Assembly: GCA_051047955.1 (NCBI GenBank)
Contig: JBPGPT010000014.1
Location: 186,001-250,000 of the forward strand
Reading direction: 5' to 3'
Length of the DNA stretch: 64,000 nt
Source of the DNA: Cystobasidiomycetes sp. EMM_F5
Lineage: Eukaryota
Shown here: piece after piece, positions 31,016 through 44,870 of the stretch
Layout of the letters: each line of letters starts with the position of its first letter
How positions within the stretch are numbered: position 1 is the first letter of the stretch
Position numbers and translations under genes: made by a program
Notes under the pieces: model-generated
Told to the model about the DNA's origin: nothing
The model's database searches: none
Seen by the model: only the letters and a program-made list of their open reading frames with translations

Positions 31016-32696
31016 CTATTCCCGAGAATCAGGTCTGAGCGAACGGACTGTCTTTCCAGCCCTCCAGATCTCTTGTTGATCGATGGCGTCGAGCTCTTTC
31101 CGTAGATCGGCATTGTATGTCTTGCGACCGTTGAAATCGAGAGATCGTCGGGTTTCAGTGCCATCTCTAACGGACTTGTATAGCTCCTGGAAGACAGGGT
31201 AATTGGCTTCGTAGAATTTGGGGAACCAGTCGAGGGCTGCAGGATGGAAGATGAAACATGGGTGTAAGTATTCTACTGAAGTGCTGTACGTGACCGCTCA
31301 CCTCCTCGACGTGCGGTTGTGGAGCAGGCTGCATACTACGAATTTCAATATGTCTGGTTAATAGACTGTTGTAGTACTTCACATGTTATGCGTACCATGT
31401 AGTCCATGCCTTTCGCCCCAATCAAAGGGAACAAAGACTGGGTTGCTTCCTCAACAGTCTCGTTGAAAGCCTCTGACGGGGAGTGTCCGTTTTCGCGGAG
31501 GACCTGGTATTGTGCCAGGAACATGCCCTCTGCAGTGAAAAAAGATCAAGACGAGGTCTTTTGCGCCCAAGCATCTAACTTACGAATACCTCCCATGAGA
31601 ACGCCACGCTCGCCGTACAAGTCAGAGTAAACTTCCTTCTCGAATGTTGTTTCGTAAGAGTAGCCGCAACCAATGGCCATAGATAGAGCGACAGCCTTCT
31701 CTTTAGCCTGGCCAGTTACATCTTGGAACACCGCTACGGAAGCCTAAGACATAGAGCTGTCAGTTGGTACAGTATTGACACGGTACGTATGATGCTTCAA
31801 CTGACGTTAATACCGCGGCCCTCCTTGAAGAGGGTTCGCACAGTCCTGCCGGATCCTTTTGGTGCAACAAGGATGACATCAACATCCTTGGGCGGGACAA
31901 CCTTGGTGTCGTCCTTGTAAACTACGGAGAAACCGTGTGAGAAGTACAAAGTCTTGCCCTTCTTGATATACGGGGCGATGTGGGACCACGTTTGCGATTG
32001 AGCTGCATCGGAAAGCAGGTTCATGAGAATAGTACCCTTTTCGAGTGCCTCTTCAATGGAGAAGAGGTTCTTGCCCTCCACCTGACGGGATGCACAGATC
32101 AGATAAGAGACATCACGCATTCCGATAGTATCGCTTACCCATCCATCTTCTTGAGCCTGCTTCCAGCTCTCTCCGTCCTTTCGAACTCCGACAATAACGT
32201 TCAGGCCGTTGTCTCGTGCATTCAGTCCCTGACCGTGACCTTCAAGACGAGAAAATATGCTGCGTTAATTTTGCTCGAATAATATGGCGAAGACCGCCTG
32301 GTACGTGCAGCGATGACTTGTACTTACCCTGCGAGCCATATCCGATCAGCGCAAGGGTATCGTTCTTGAAGTACTCTTGAAGTTTTGGTACTGGCCAGTC
32401 TGCACGCTCGTATACAGTCTCCTTGGTGCCAGCGAAGTCCAGCGTCTTCACTCCGCGACGCGGTTGCTGTCAGCGACCACAATGAAAAAGTGCGAACAGG
32501 CTGTTAGCGAGACGGGAACAAGGTGGACATCTGGTCCGCTCACGCTGAAAGCTGAAGCAAGGGCTGCTTGAGTTTGACGAGCAGCTGGACGAGCGGACTG
32601 CTGTGCTACACTGCTGAAAGCTCGAGCGGCCGTCTGCTTGCCAGCGGAGCGGGCGACAATGCGCGAAACGGCCGAAGTCGCGGTGCGGGTTGCCAT
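31016..32696 (-). CDS. ILV5: Mitochondrial ketol-acid reductoisomerase
   Basis: Presequence; IGYGSQG, LLSDAAQ, YFSHGF, APKGSG, SDLYGERGVLMG; ends RSLRPDSRE*. Confidence 0.96.
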
Positions 32697-33050
32697 AATC
32701 TTAGCAGAGTGATATTGGTTGGAGACGAGTATTCAAGTGCGCGTTGTTTGGTAGGGCGATATTCGAAGTCGGCGTCGTTTTCTGAAATGACTTGAACTTT
32801 TTCCAAAAACTTGGCGGGCCAGAGCGGCGGAAGTTTGGGCAGACGGCCAAAAGTCGAACAGCAGGTTTAGGCGAGAGAATTGAGAAGCGAGCAACGACGG
32901 CACAGAGCATGCAGGCAACAGCGGACTAATAGACTGCATCTATTTGGAAAAGATTGCCGATGTGGTGTCACAACAAACGTTGGTAAGAATACATAGCTAA
33001 GCCTTGCTAGCTGGAACTTCAGATATCCATAGGAAAAACCGCCATCACCT

Positions 33051-36000
33051 TCATCGTTTTTCTGAAGCAGCCGGGATGTCTGCAACCTCTCCTGACGACT
33101 CGGGTATAGCGCTCACACTAGGGCCGCGAGAGTGACCACGTGTCGAGGCAGCGGTCTGATGCAAGAATTGCTGAGCCAGCGGGTCGGAAGAGTCCGTGTC
33201 TGGATGAAGAACAGCTTCCCCGCGATACAGAGCAGTGGACGACCGGCTCGGTTCCATGGCAGCGGGGTTGGCAAGACTGCCAGAATCTGGCCGCCAACCA
33301 CCGCCAACGGCAGATGCCACAATACTTGGCAACATTGCCATCAATGTAGTCGGATAGATATTGTCCTTCTCCAGCTTCCTGAGTCGAGAACGCTGAACGA
33401 TACTCGATGAACGAAGGCGCCCACCGCGGACACGTGAATATACCCGAAGATTGTCTCGAAGCTGCTCGAATGGTGCATCCCATTTGGCTTCGTCTGCAGA
33501 TGGGTCGGCCACGGGAAGGGCATTAGGATCTGGGAGTAGCTTGAATCTGATCATGAACCTCTCGAACGGTGCCGTAGGGAGTAGTCGGATGAAGACGCCA
33601 ATGGGGAGTGAAATCAGGCCGATGATGATGCTGATTGCCCATAGATTGCCGCCGATTCTAGTCACTTGGAATGCTCGACCGCCGACGTTGACAATCAAAG
33701 CTTGACCGCCAACCACTGTATGATGTGTCAGAAAGTACTCGGTGCGAGTCATGGCATCAATAAGGCCAACTTACTGATTGCAAAGATGGCCATGAAGTAA
33801 TAATTTCTCCAGAATCCACGCAGAACGTTGAGGCGACGATCCAGTCTTCGCGCGTTAAGCATGTTGAAGATTTGGCAGAATACGAATTGGTTGAAAATGA
33901 GCGTGTTGAGGTCGTCTGCTTGTTGAATGCGTTGAAACTCGTCCGTAGCGTTATATCCCAAGATGGAAGAACCGGCGAAATGCAGCACTAGGGCCACGGT
34001 CAACTGGAAAATAGATTGACCGATAATCATTCTACAGCGGAACAGTCAGCTTTGGCTAAGCTTGCACGAAACCGTAGTGCACTTACTTCCACATGTCGGC
34101 AGATATGAGCGGAGCCATGGACCGGTCTGGCTTTCTGTCGAGGTTTTCGGGATCGGCAGGGTCCGTTGCTAAAGCCAAGGCTGCGAAAGTATCCATGATC
34201 AAGTTGACCCAAAGTAGTTGTACAGCAGTAATGACTGAAGTTTCCTCATCGGACGCCACAGCACTGATGAACGTGAGCAAGACAGCCGTAATGTTGACGG
34301 AAATCTGGAATTGCAAGAATTTGCGGACAGAGTCATTTACGCATCGGCCCCAAGAGATGGCGGTGACGATGCTTGCGAAATTGTCGTCCATCAGAATGAT
34401 GGCAGAGGCCTCCTTAGCGACTGGTGTACCGGCGATCCCCATTGCGAAACCAACATTGGCGGCCTTCAGTGCGGGAGCATCGTTTGCACCGTCTCCAGTG
34501 ACGCCGACGACTTCACCTAATTCACGCAAAGCACGAACAAGATCCGCCTTGTCGGTTGGAGAGCAGCGTGCCAAAACTTGTAGACGGGGTGCAATAGCCT
34601 TCTGTCCGGCTGGTCCTAGTGCGTGGAAAGCTGGACCCTCCATGATGATTCCGCCGGTCGTATAGATGCCGCACTGCTGTGCTATTGAGCTAAAGAAGAA
34701 TGATAGTCAGACATTCGGGGCGTAAAGCCAAAGACAGATAGACATACCGAGCGGTCAAAGGGTTGTCGCCAGTGCACATCTTGACTGCTACTCCTGCCTT
34801 CTGGGAAGTCGCAACCGCCTTGATTACACCTTCTCGGAGCGGGTCTTCTATCGCAGTAACACCGATGAGCGTGAGGTTGTTGCAGATCTGCTCATACGGG
34901 ACAGAGCCCTCGACGAGAGGAAGAGGTGGCCATTGTTCAAAGTCACGGTAGCAAATGGCGATTGTTCGAAGTGATTGATTGGCGTAAAAGATGATTGTTC
35001 TGTCTGTGTTGGTTCGGCTCGCTTCATCAAACGGAACGACTGTTATATCTTGTGCCGCTGCGCCATCTTCTAAGCAGACGACGTGATGCGTCGACTTTTT
35101 GAACAGAATTTCAGACGCTCCTTTGATATAAACACGGTACTTGTTTCCATGCTTGACCGCACATGCCATGTATTTACGGGCCGAGGAGAAGGGAAGCTCG
35201 TCGACAGTCGGTATACTGTCTCTGACTTGTTGCATAGGTTGCCAGCCACGGTCTTTAGCAAATTGAAGCAGCGCGACGTCGGTCTTGGAGCCTGTAAAGA
35301 TGACCTTGTTATCTTCCTCAGCCTCGTGGGCCGAGCTGCACTTGGCGATGGCCTCATTGAGAAGAGTTTGTAGCGATTGAGACATGGCTTGGTTAATTTC
35401 CGTTGCATCTCGCGAGAAATCCTTGGCAGGGGTGTTGAGTGCAAGTGTAGACTCCGTATTGGCATTGCTACGCTTCGTTTCTTCGAGACGTTCGGCAAAC
35501 TTGAGGTGCACACCAATGGCGCCAGCTACGACGGTCATCTTATTTTGCGTCAACGTACCAGTCTTGTCGGTGCACACCACTGTTGCAGTTCCCATTGTCT
35601 CGCAAGAGCTGAATTGTCGGACCAGCAAATTCTGTTTTGTCATTCGGGTAGTCGCAAATGCAAGTGCCAGAGTGACGGCCAATGGCAGACCTTCGGCTGT
35701 GTCGGACGCAGATCATTAGCATATAAATCATCGTCGGGAAATCGGCACTACTTACGAACGGCGACGACTACCACTGTGACCGCGATGATGAGAATATGAA
35801 TAAATGATTGAGCCTTCTGATCCGAGGTGTAGCCTTCTCTGCCGAGTTGAGTGAAGAAGCGAATCATCAATGCTAAAAAGAGGAGCAAGCCCGCGCCAGC
35901 ACCAGCGTACGCGATCCAATTGGCCAGCCGATTCAGCTTGAGCTGGAGCGGAGTTTCCGTGTCCGTTTCACCGCGAAGTTCGACCATGATTTTACCGATA

Positions 36001-37750
36001 AAGGATTGCTGGCCAACACCGGTGGCTACGTATGAACCTGTGCCATCCTTGATTCTGGCACCGGACAGTAGGAAACAGTCTGCTTTCTTCTCGTCGGGCG
36101 ACTTCTCCTTTGCAACCAGTTTGGCGTACGGAACCTTCTTGATATCGTCCGATTCGCCCGTAGCTGATGATTCATCGCAAAGAACATTGTGACCCTCGAG
36201 GAAAATGCCATCTACAGCAACAATGTCTCCTGGTTTGACCCGGCATACATCGCCAACAACGACATCGAATACGCTGATGTCTTTCATTTGACCATCGCGG
36301 ACGACCAATTGAGTCTGGTCTTCGGCTGTAGCGTTGAGTTTTCTGAATTGCAGTTCCTTTTGGTAGTCATTGACCGCACCGACCAGTACGATGACGACGA
36401 TAGCAACGACGATAGCCACGCCCTCGACCCATTCCACAGATGCAATCTCGCAGAGATTGTTTGGACACTCGGGTGATGGATAAGTTTGAGGTGGTTGACC
36501 TTCACTCTGATATATGCCGAGAGCAAGAGAGACGACGGCAGCAACGGTAAGGAGGATGAGGATTTTATCTTGATAGGCGATCCACATCAGTTGGAGCAAT
36601 GTCTTGGGTTTGCGTGCGGGAATGCGATTCTCGCCGAAGATGCGACGGCGGTCTGCTATGGCTGTGCCAGGAGACGATGAGCTATCACTCAGCCCAGTCT
36701 TGGGGTTGGTGTGCAGCTTCTCCAGTAGCCCGGACTCTCCGCCGAGCTGAGTGAGGTGGTCCAAGTTCTTCGGACTAATGAGCTTGTACAGCGACGATGG
36801 CACGACATCGCTTGGGAAAGATCCCATTTGCTCTGGGGTAGGGTCAGGAATGATTTTAGCGACTCCCGGCTTCTTCTTGCCAGTCTTTTCATCGATATCG
36901 CCTTCGTCCTCGATAACCTCCTCTTTTGCCCACCGTTTGAGAATCGGAATCTTGGCCAGTGCACCAACTTTGCGCGTCCGTCGTGGTGGGCCCGCAATAC
37001 CAGCGCCGACGTTACTTTCGAGATCGCTGGCGCTTCCCGCGGGGTGGTCCACCTCCTCGGCAGCTCTGGGTCCATCGATGGCAGTAAAAGCCGACATGTC
37101 AGTCGCTCCACTCGGTCGGCGCGCATGACCGGAGACGTGTTGATTTGTATCGAGATATGTCTTGAAACTAGAATCTACAGACTTTGTCGGAGAATGGCCT
37201 CTGCCGTCCCGCCGTGAGGGAGTCGACAAAGACAGCTTTCTGTTGTGACCGGCAAGGTTGACGCTGTTTGTGGCTGCCGAAGGACTGCCTTGGCCAGATG
37301 TTGAGGCCTGCGAGAGGGTCGGTGAGGGCGGATAGGCAGTAGAAGGCGACCTGCCCGACCCGTCATCGACAAAGGATGGCGCCAAGGATGGCGAGTTGTG
37401 TGCGCTGCCGTTTTCCCTCCCCACACCCGGAGGAGTATACAGATGCGCGTTGCTGTGCGCGTGAGTCTCCTCGTCTTCACCTTGACTGGGAGTCACGACA
37501 AAGACTGGCGGAGTTAGCGCGCTAAGGGACGATTGTCCTGCAGCTGGGCGCGGTGGTGTGATGGGAGCATTGTGCACGTTGTTTATCGTTTCGCGCAGGT
37601 CGACATTTGACGGCGTCGTTGTGCTGTATCGACAATGCCAAGGCCCTGCGTCAGTCAATTGTCCATGCCGATAGATGGACACCAAACCCACACTATCGCC
37701 GGGAGTAGAGGGCGGCCATTGTCGCCGTCGTCGCTGCGTGGTGCAGCCAT
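33051..37750 (-). CDS. PMC1: PMCA-type (P2B) Ca2+-transporting ATPase
   Basis: DESSATGES, VAVPEGLPLA, DKTGTLT, KGASE, TGDN, VTGDGANDAPALK, LLWVNLIMDT; long disordered N-terminus. Confidence 0.93.
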
Positions 37751-38162
37751 TGCGTTGCAGATCAGAGGCTCAGCGCTGTGTTAGCTGTGCTGACAGTCTG
37801 CCAGATGGCTGTCCTGTGACCCTTTGATCCTGACGCTGGCTTGCCGACCAGCTTGCGATGGAGAGAAGAGAGCAAACCTCAGAGTCCGCCTACGCGTCCA
37901 CTGTGCACTCCGTTGCCGCCCAAGACTCTGCGCATTTGTCGCTCCAAAAGTCTTGGAATCTCGTAAACGACGTCGCTGCCAAGGCCCACCAGACAAATCC
38001 CGATCATCTGTCTTGGGGAGCACAGCCTAAAGTGGTGGCAAATCTATGACAAATTGTGACTGATGGCAGAGTCGCGGAGTCGCGTCAAAGAAGCAGCGAA
38101 GGCGAATCGAGAACAACTGTATTGCACAATGACGGAGCTACCTGCAAACTGCGTACTGTCGA

Positions 38163-39948
38163 CTACCACTCCCGCACACTGCCGTCCGGAGCACGGAAGA
38201 CTGGGTTGCGCCATGAGAAATCCGCGTGCTCTTGTGCACATTTTCGAATGAGCTCCTCGTTCATCTCAATGCCCAGTCCCGGTCCAGTCAGCAGGTCAAT
38301 CATTCCCTCCTTTACGTTCAGCACTTCCGGGTTCTTGAGGTATGTAAACAGGTCATAATCTCCAGCATTGTCTGCAGACGCGAGATATCAGTCACATCTA
38401 GATATCGAATACTTGTGTAGCTTACAATGCATCTTCCAGCTCATTTCGCAGCTGTACGGAGGCGTGAATCAGCTTGATCAGCTCTCGTCTGATACGGAAT
38501 CACGCACATTACGAAATTGAGGCAAGAGAAGCCAAGCTGCAAGCTAGCAGCGAATGCAATCGGCCCAAGAGGACTATCATAAACAGTAGAAATGGTTTTC
38601 AGCTCATAGACTCCGTTGCTCGACCCTTCGTACCCACCAATGCGGCGCGAAAGCAATATCATACGTCTCTGCCATGTTTGCAATGCGCTTCGTTTCGCTG
38701 ATACCGCCCGAATGTGCGATATCTGGTTGAATGATGTCGATACACCCTGCTTCAAAGTACGGTCTGACATCTTGGCGAGTAAGCAAGCGTTCGCCCAACG
38801 CGATAGGAATGGTTGTTTGCGCATAGAGTTTTTTCAGTTCTTCAATCTGTTGTGGCAGAAGCGGTTCTTCGATGAAGAGAGGTTTGTGCGGTTCTAATGC
38901 TCGAGCCAGTTGTTTGGCAAGCGTCTTGTGCACACGGCCATGAAAGTCGAGTCCCACGTCGATCCCCACAGATTTTACCTCCTTGCATCGCTGAACCGTT
39001 GCCTCCAATGCATGCGGAGAATCCAGCCATGCAAGCTGTTCAGTGCGTCTTCAGTCCGCATATGACCAATCAGGAAGAACCCTCATCTCATCACTCACCG
39101 ACTCGACAGCGTTCATTTTGACAGCAGTGAATCCCTGTGCTTTTCTCGCCTTCGCTTGCTCGAGCACGTCGCCAGGTCGGTCTCCGCCAATCCACCCATA
39201 TACTGGACAGCTCCAACGGTGAGCTTCGGCATTTGATCCTTACAATAGGGGACTTACCTGGACACCGCGTGCGGACTTTGCCGCCAAGGAGCTGCCAGAT
39301 GGGTACGCCCAGTGTCTTGCCCTTGATGTCCCATAGCGCAATATCTGCATTGAGTCTGCACGTCAGCTTTCTCTGATGGTCGATTGGATGCATCTCACCG
39401 AGACCTGACAGAGCACTCATCAATACCGGTCCTCCACGGTAAAACCGATGGCGGTACGCAGTCTGGTAAATGTCCTCAATCTGGCATGTCGGCCAATTTA
39501 GCCAGAGTCGTTGTAAACGTCCGCAGTCACTTGCTTACATTACTTGCATCCCAGCCAATAAAGCGTTCCCTAAAGTCTACGAAAGCACCTTCCACAGCTT
39601 CCGTGTGTCCTGTCAAGGTGTGTAAAGTCAGCCTAGCAATTTATTGATCTAAGCAATATCGCTCTATCTACCTTCGAGAGTAGCTTCTCCCCAACCGACA
39701 ATGCCCTTCTCTGTTTCTACACGGACAAACAGCCATCTTGGGCGGATGCGGAAATGCTCGATACTCTTGATTGGGTCTACGCTTGGATCCTTCTTGCCAG
39801 CGAGGTGTTCCGGAGACAGGAGACCTTTCAAATAGACGTCTGTGTCGGCATAGAAGACTCCGCCAAACTGATGCTGGGGTGCAGAGACTGTCACGGGCTC
39901 GGTTGTCTGCATCTTTACCGTTTCCTCAATGCCGTTTGAGGAAGACAT
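38163..39948 (-). CDS. DgoD-like sugar-acid dehydratase (enolase superfamily, mandelate racemase subgroup)
   Basis: [68 protein letters not shown]; ends DGSVREW*. Confidence 0.9.
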
Positions 39949-40075
39949 GATGAGCGGCGATGAGGGAGTTAAGCGGAGTAGGAGATTGTACTGCAATAAG
40001 GATATGTAGGATGTACAAGATACCTTGACGAGGTGTGGTGTTGTAGGACCTGGTGAGAGTAGCAGGCGGCCTTCA

Positions 40076-40129
40076 CGCTAGCCGCTTTGTGCTGCCCGGG
40101 TCATGGTGGCAAAAGGACGTCGCTAGCCG
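40076..40129. promoter_or_regulatory. Two CGCTAGCCG sites in the dehydratase/SDR divergent promoter
   Basis: Exact copies at 40076-40084 and 40121-40129. Confidence 0.6.
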
Positions 40130-40221
40130 GCAATGGCTCGACTCGCTTGGTCGCCTGTCAAGGCTTTCGACAACACGAATGTTACTTTAGTACTTTCTCA
40201 CATCTGATATTGACAGCAAAC

Positions 40222-41204
40222 ATGACCAACAGCTACCTCGAGAGCCTGTTTGGCTTGCAAGGCAAAACGGCGTTATGTACCGGAGCAACGCGGGGCATTG
40301 GCAAAAACATGGCCGTCGCTCTCGCCAAGAGTGGAGCAGATGTTCTTCTTGTCCAAGTGAGCAGACGATGGTTCGGAATGCCGCCGGTCCAGAATTGCGC
40401 TTAAGTCGTCATATCTATAGCGAAACGACAACAATACTGAAACGCGAGACGAGATACGCGCTCTGGGACGGAGATCCGAAATTGTGGTCTGCGACCTCGC
40501 AGATGCGGCTTCGGTAAAAGGTCTCATCAAGAAAGTCACTGGCTCGAAATCCGACGGCGGACTGGGCGAAACCCTAGACATACTCATCAATTGCGGAGGC
40601 ATCCAGCGCAGGCAAGTTCATCCTCGAAACGGTGCACACCTCATGTCAATTTGACTTGTCCAACTTGTACTGTGATAGAACGCCCGCCGAGAACTTTCCA
40701 GATAGTGACTGGGATGAAGTACTGCAGGTCAATCTGCATACTGTTTTTACGCTAGCTCGGGATGCTGGCCGACATATGCTGGAGAGCCGTGGAGGCGTGT
40801 CTGGCGAGGAAGCGAAACCGGAAGGCGCAGCAGAGTCCAATCCTCGAGGCCGGGGCAAAATTGTCAATGTCGCTTCGCTGGTGTCGTATCAGGGCGGTAT
40901 CACAGTCCCCGCATACGCAGCTGCAAAACACGGTGTGCTCGGTGTCACAAAAGCCCTGTCGAATGAGTGGGCAAGCAAAGGCGTGAATGTGAACGCAATC
41001 GCGCCAGGCTACATCGCGACCGACATGAATGAAGCCTTGATAGCCAATCCAACACGCTCACGTCAAATCATGGAACGTATTCCTGCACAACGGTGGGGCA
41101 AGCCAGGCGACTTTGAAGGACTGATTGTTTTCCTTTGCGGTGCTGGGAGTGACTATATCTCAGGCGAGTGCGTCGTATGCGATGGAGGCTGGATGGGTAG
41201 GTAG
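40222..41204 (+). CDS. KduD/IdnO-like short-chain dehydrogenase (2-deoxy-D-gluconate 3-DH / gluconate 5-DH family)
   Basis: [51 protein letters not shown]. Confidence 0.9.
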
Positions 41205-41355
41205 ACCGCTCTGTAGGGGATGCATATTGCATTGTACGATGTGTCATATTGGCAACCAATCTATATACGACCTATGGACACAGGATGCTTTTGCCCGTTG
41301 AATATGCTTACCGCTGCCCTATGCAATTCGCATCCAAGTACCCTGAGTACAGATT

Positions 41356-42760
41356 CTAGACGACACTCCCGCCTGGCGGAGGGACGTTGTTGCGGAATCT
41401 CCAGTCCAATGCCGATACCAGAGCGTTAATTGTCTCTAGTGTCGGAGTCTTGATTCCTAGCTCTTTTGCCTTTCGAAGAGGTAGCGAAACAATGGTCTTT
41501 GACATCCGCTCAGCGATTGCTTATATGCTCGTTTCAAATGACTGACCTCAACCTCCATCGGCCTGGACTTGCAGGCATCCATGCACATACTGGAATAGAT
41601 GCCATTTTTGATGGTGTCGCGCTCGATCAAGCTCGTCAGGTAATCTTCCTCGATATGGTGGCCAAGAGCAGTGGCTATCGATGTCATCTCATCAATGATG
41701 GCTTTTGCAACCACGCGACCAGAGTCGGAAGCAGCCAAGTATTTGTCCGTCCGTGTCAGAGTCAAAGCGGTCAGAGTGTTCCAGCAAGCGTTCCTGCGGG
41801 TAGGTACCGTCAACTCGCACTGTCAGATTTAGCGGGTGCAAGAGCCTACCATATAGTCTTCTTCCATCGCCACAGATCAATGGACGGAACAAGTTCGACA
41901 TCAGTCCCTCCTGCTTTCAGAAGCTCAATGAACGTGTTGAGGCGTCTCTCTTCGAGTTGTCTGTCAATGCTCTTGCTGAAATGGGCTCCGAATTGCATTG
42001 TCTCATCGAATCTATGCTATCGTCGCGTAAGCAATCTTCAGCATCGTAACGATGGCCCACACCAGTCTCTCGCTCACAATTATAGTACCAGTCTCGGGCT
42101 GGTTCGCATTGACCCACGTCTGCGGCTTGACTTAGCATGCTGACTAAGAATTGGGCATAACGGAAACACTTACAACTCCAGACAAAACTGTGTTGTTTGG
42201 GAACCGCTTTTGAAATGGTTCTTCGATGCCAACACCGTTCTGGATGAGTACGATAGTGGTGTCGTCACTGATGACGGGGGCGAGCCTTTCTGTGACAGGT
42301 GGATCCATATATACTGCTTTGTGCGTGCATACGACGTAGCTGAATTTGACGCCCTTCAGACTCTTATCGTCCGGCGACGCGACCGCTGCAAGACGGTCTC
42401 ACTAAGCCTAGGATAGGTACATTTCGAGAAAACGCGGATTCTACTGACCATTGTGAAATTTGTAGCCCGAGGTATTACCGTAGCGTTCCGACTCGTAGTT
42501 CAGGCCTTGCTCTTTTGCGATTTTGTAATTGCTTCTTGCGCACACGGTGACGCGAACTCCTGGAGCTTTGCTAAGAACTGAAGAAGGTGGCGGGCATCAA
42601 ATACTGTCGACACAAGACGTGCCGCAACACGCACTGTAAGCATAGACGGCGCCTGCGTGAATGAAAGCAGGATCAGCTTCGGAAGAAAGTGCGCCTGAGA
42701 CAGACAGTGTGACTGACCGACTCCGCCGAGGCCGAACAACAGAATATCTTGGGAAGCCAT
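41356..42760 (-). CDS. Ketopantoate reductase-like (PanE/ApbA family) 2-keto-acid reductase
   Basis: MASQDILLFGLGGV|GAVYAY, ARSNY, IQNG, NACWNTLTAL, SSMCMD...RPMEVE. Confidence 0.85.
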
Positions 42761-42841
42761 GGTGAAGGGCGATGTGACTGCAGTGATGAGGCTGCCTGAG
42801 TGGTCTGTTGCCCTATGACACAAAAAGCTTTGCGTGAAGAC

Positions 42842-42871
42842 AGCGGCTAAGCCTACCAGTCGCTAGCCGCT
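42842..42871. promoter_or_regulatory. CGCTAGCCG site plus inverted variant in the reductase/dehydrogenase divergent promoter
   Basis: GTCGCTAGCCGCT at 42859-42871; AGCGGCTAA at 42842-42850. Confidence 0.6.
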
Positions 42872-42997
42872 CGTAGGTGGCAACCCGGCTTGTTGGGTAA
42901 GAGTCCGGGCTGTCAGTATTTCTTTGCAACCTAAAGCTTTGGCAGTCTTTCCAGGTTCCGGTCACCTTCATAGCGTACGCAGCTCGCGAAGCTTCCC

Positions 42998-44431
42998 ATG
43001 TCTTCCGCCAATGGCACACAATCTGGCTTGCGCAATGTCGCAGCGGTTCTCCACGGGGCCAAAGATCTGAGAATAGTGGGCTGTTCTCGCATTGATTGCG
43101 GCAAAACGCGAGGCTAAACATGCCTTTCATCGTAGACCGAGCGAACAATTCAGCCGCCTGCTGCTGGCGAATGTCAGGTTCAGGTCAAAGCAACCGGATT
43201 ATGCGGTAGCGACTTGCATTACTTCATACAGTACGTCAAGGCGAGTGGTCGGACTAATTTTGACAATAGTTGACGAGAACGGCAACAGTGGCAGAAACGG
43301 CGAATATGTCTTGCGAGATCCGATGGCTCTGGGTCACGAGTCTGCCGGCGTGGTCACAGCAGTTGGCGACGGCGTCACTAGCCTGAAGGTCGGCGACAGA
43401 GTAGCCATCGAGGCAGGCGTGTACTGTCGACAATGCCGCTTCTGCAAACTCGGTCGCTACAACCTGTGTACCAAGAGTGAGTCGTGGTGGATCCAGGTTG
43501 GATGGACATCTAGGCTAATGGGCGGTTTTGCCGTACAGTGCGGTTCGCTTCTTCGGCAAAAGTGTACCCTCATGCAGATGGCTTTCTACAAACTTACATT
43601 AACCATCCGGAGAGCTTTTTGTACGCTCTCCCTGAGCACTGCTCGTTTGAACAGGCATCTTTGGTCGAACCGCTTTCCGTCGTTCTCCACGCTGCTAGAC
43701 GGGCTCATATCACTGCTGGACAAACTGTGCTTGTACTTGGTGCCGGTGCGGTCGGACTGCTGGGTCTGTTTGTGCGATGTTCGTATCGCTGGCATTAGCT
43801 GAGCGAAATTTGACAGGTGCAAGCATCGCGACAGCATTCGGTGCGACCTTCGTTGCAGCAGTAGACATCAATGCAGACCGTGTAGCGTTTGCGACAAGAG
43901 AAGGTTTCACGCAAGCAGGCCACGTGCTTCCCATGGGTCCTCGACCTAAAGACTCCGCTGAATCCCTAGTGAAGGCGAAAGAGACGGCTGCGGACATCAT
44001 GGCAGCAGTCATGCCAGACGGGGAAGGCTTCGATGTGGTACTAGAGTGTACTGGTGTCGAGAGCTGTATGCAGACTGCTATTCACGTAAGCTGCCGCCCT
44101 CAACATCTGGGTCACAATGCTGAGACAATCATATTAATAGTGTGCCAGAACCGCCGGGAAGGTAGTCTACATAGGAATGGGTACGCCCAATGCAACGCTG
44201 CCAGTCAGTGCTGCTGCTTTCCGCGAGGTGGATATGATTGGCGTGTTCCGGTACTGCAATACCTACCCGGACGCATTGGCACTCTTCGGCGCGGGCAAGC
44301 TACCCAATGCAGACAAGCTAGTCACAACACGCTTCAAGCTCGAAAACTCGAATGCTGCATTCGACGCCTTGATGAAGGGCAAAGATGAAAACGGAAATCT
44401 GATCATCAAGCTGATGGTAGGGGATTATTAG
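42998..44431 (+). CDS. Zn-dependent polyol/sugar-acid dehydrogenase (sorbitol/xylitol/L-idonate 5-DH type MDR)
   Basis: GLCGSDLHY, GHESAG, structural-Zn CRQCRFC...C, VEPLSV, GAGAVG, VDIN (Asp suggests NAD), GVFRY. Confidence 0.9.
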
Positions 44432-44870
44432 GGTCATAAGTGTGTCAAGCTGCGGTAGTTATAGCCATCTTCGAATCCGTAATCTGCGTATCCTACGCAT
44501 CCCGACTTTCGTACCTCAGCACTATTGAGTGTTGCTTCCGTATATGTGTTATCGTTTACCGAGATTTTTGTTATTCCTGCCAGCGATGAAATGCTGACCT
44601 AGATAACAACTTTTCATATTGTGCTGATGTGCGTTTCATTATCGGTCAGAACCATGTGTCGCGAGACTCAAATCTGTATCACGATGCTTCGCTGCGCGCA
44701 ACAAATGCCGGAATTATGGTCGGTACTCTACGCGATATCTATACCATGTCGTGCATACTCTGCTAACCGGACACCGCAGCTGGCAGCAGCCCTCACAATG
44801 CGAACCCGCCAAGGACTATCGGCGTGTTGAGTAAACGATTTACCGGGCCCCGCACAGATTTTCAGGGGGG

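Noticed and set aside
38163..41204. Recent bacterial transfer or contamination of dgoD/kduD-like genes
   Set aside because: Both genes carry several host-type spliceosomal introns; an ancient transfer cannot be judged without phylogeny.
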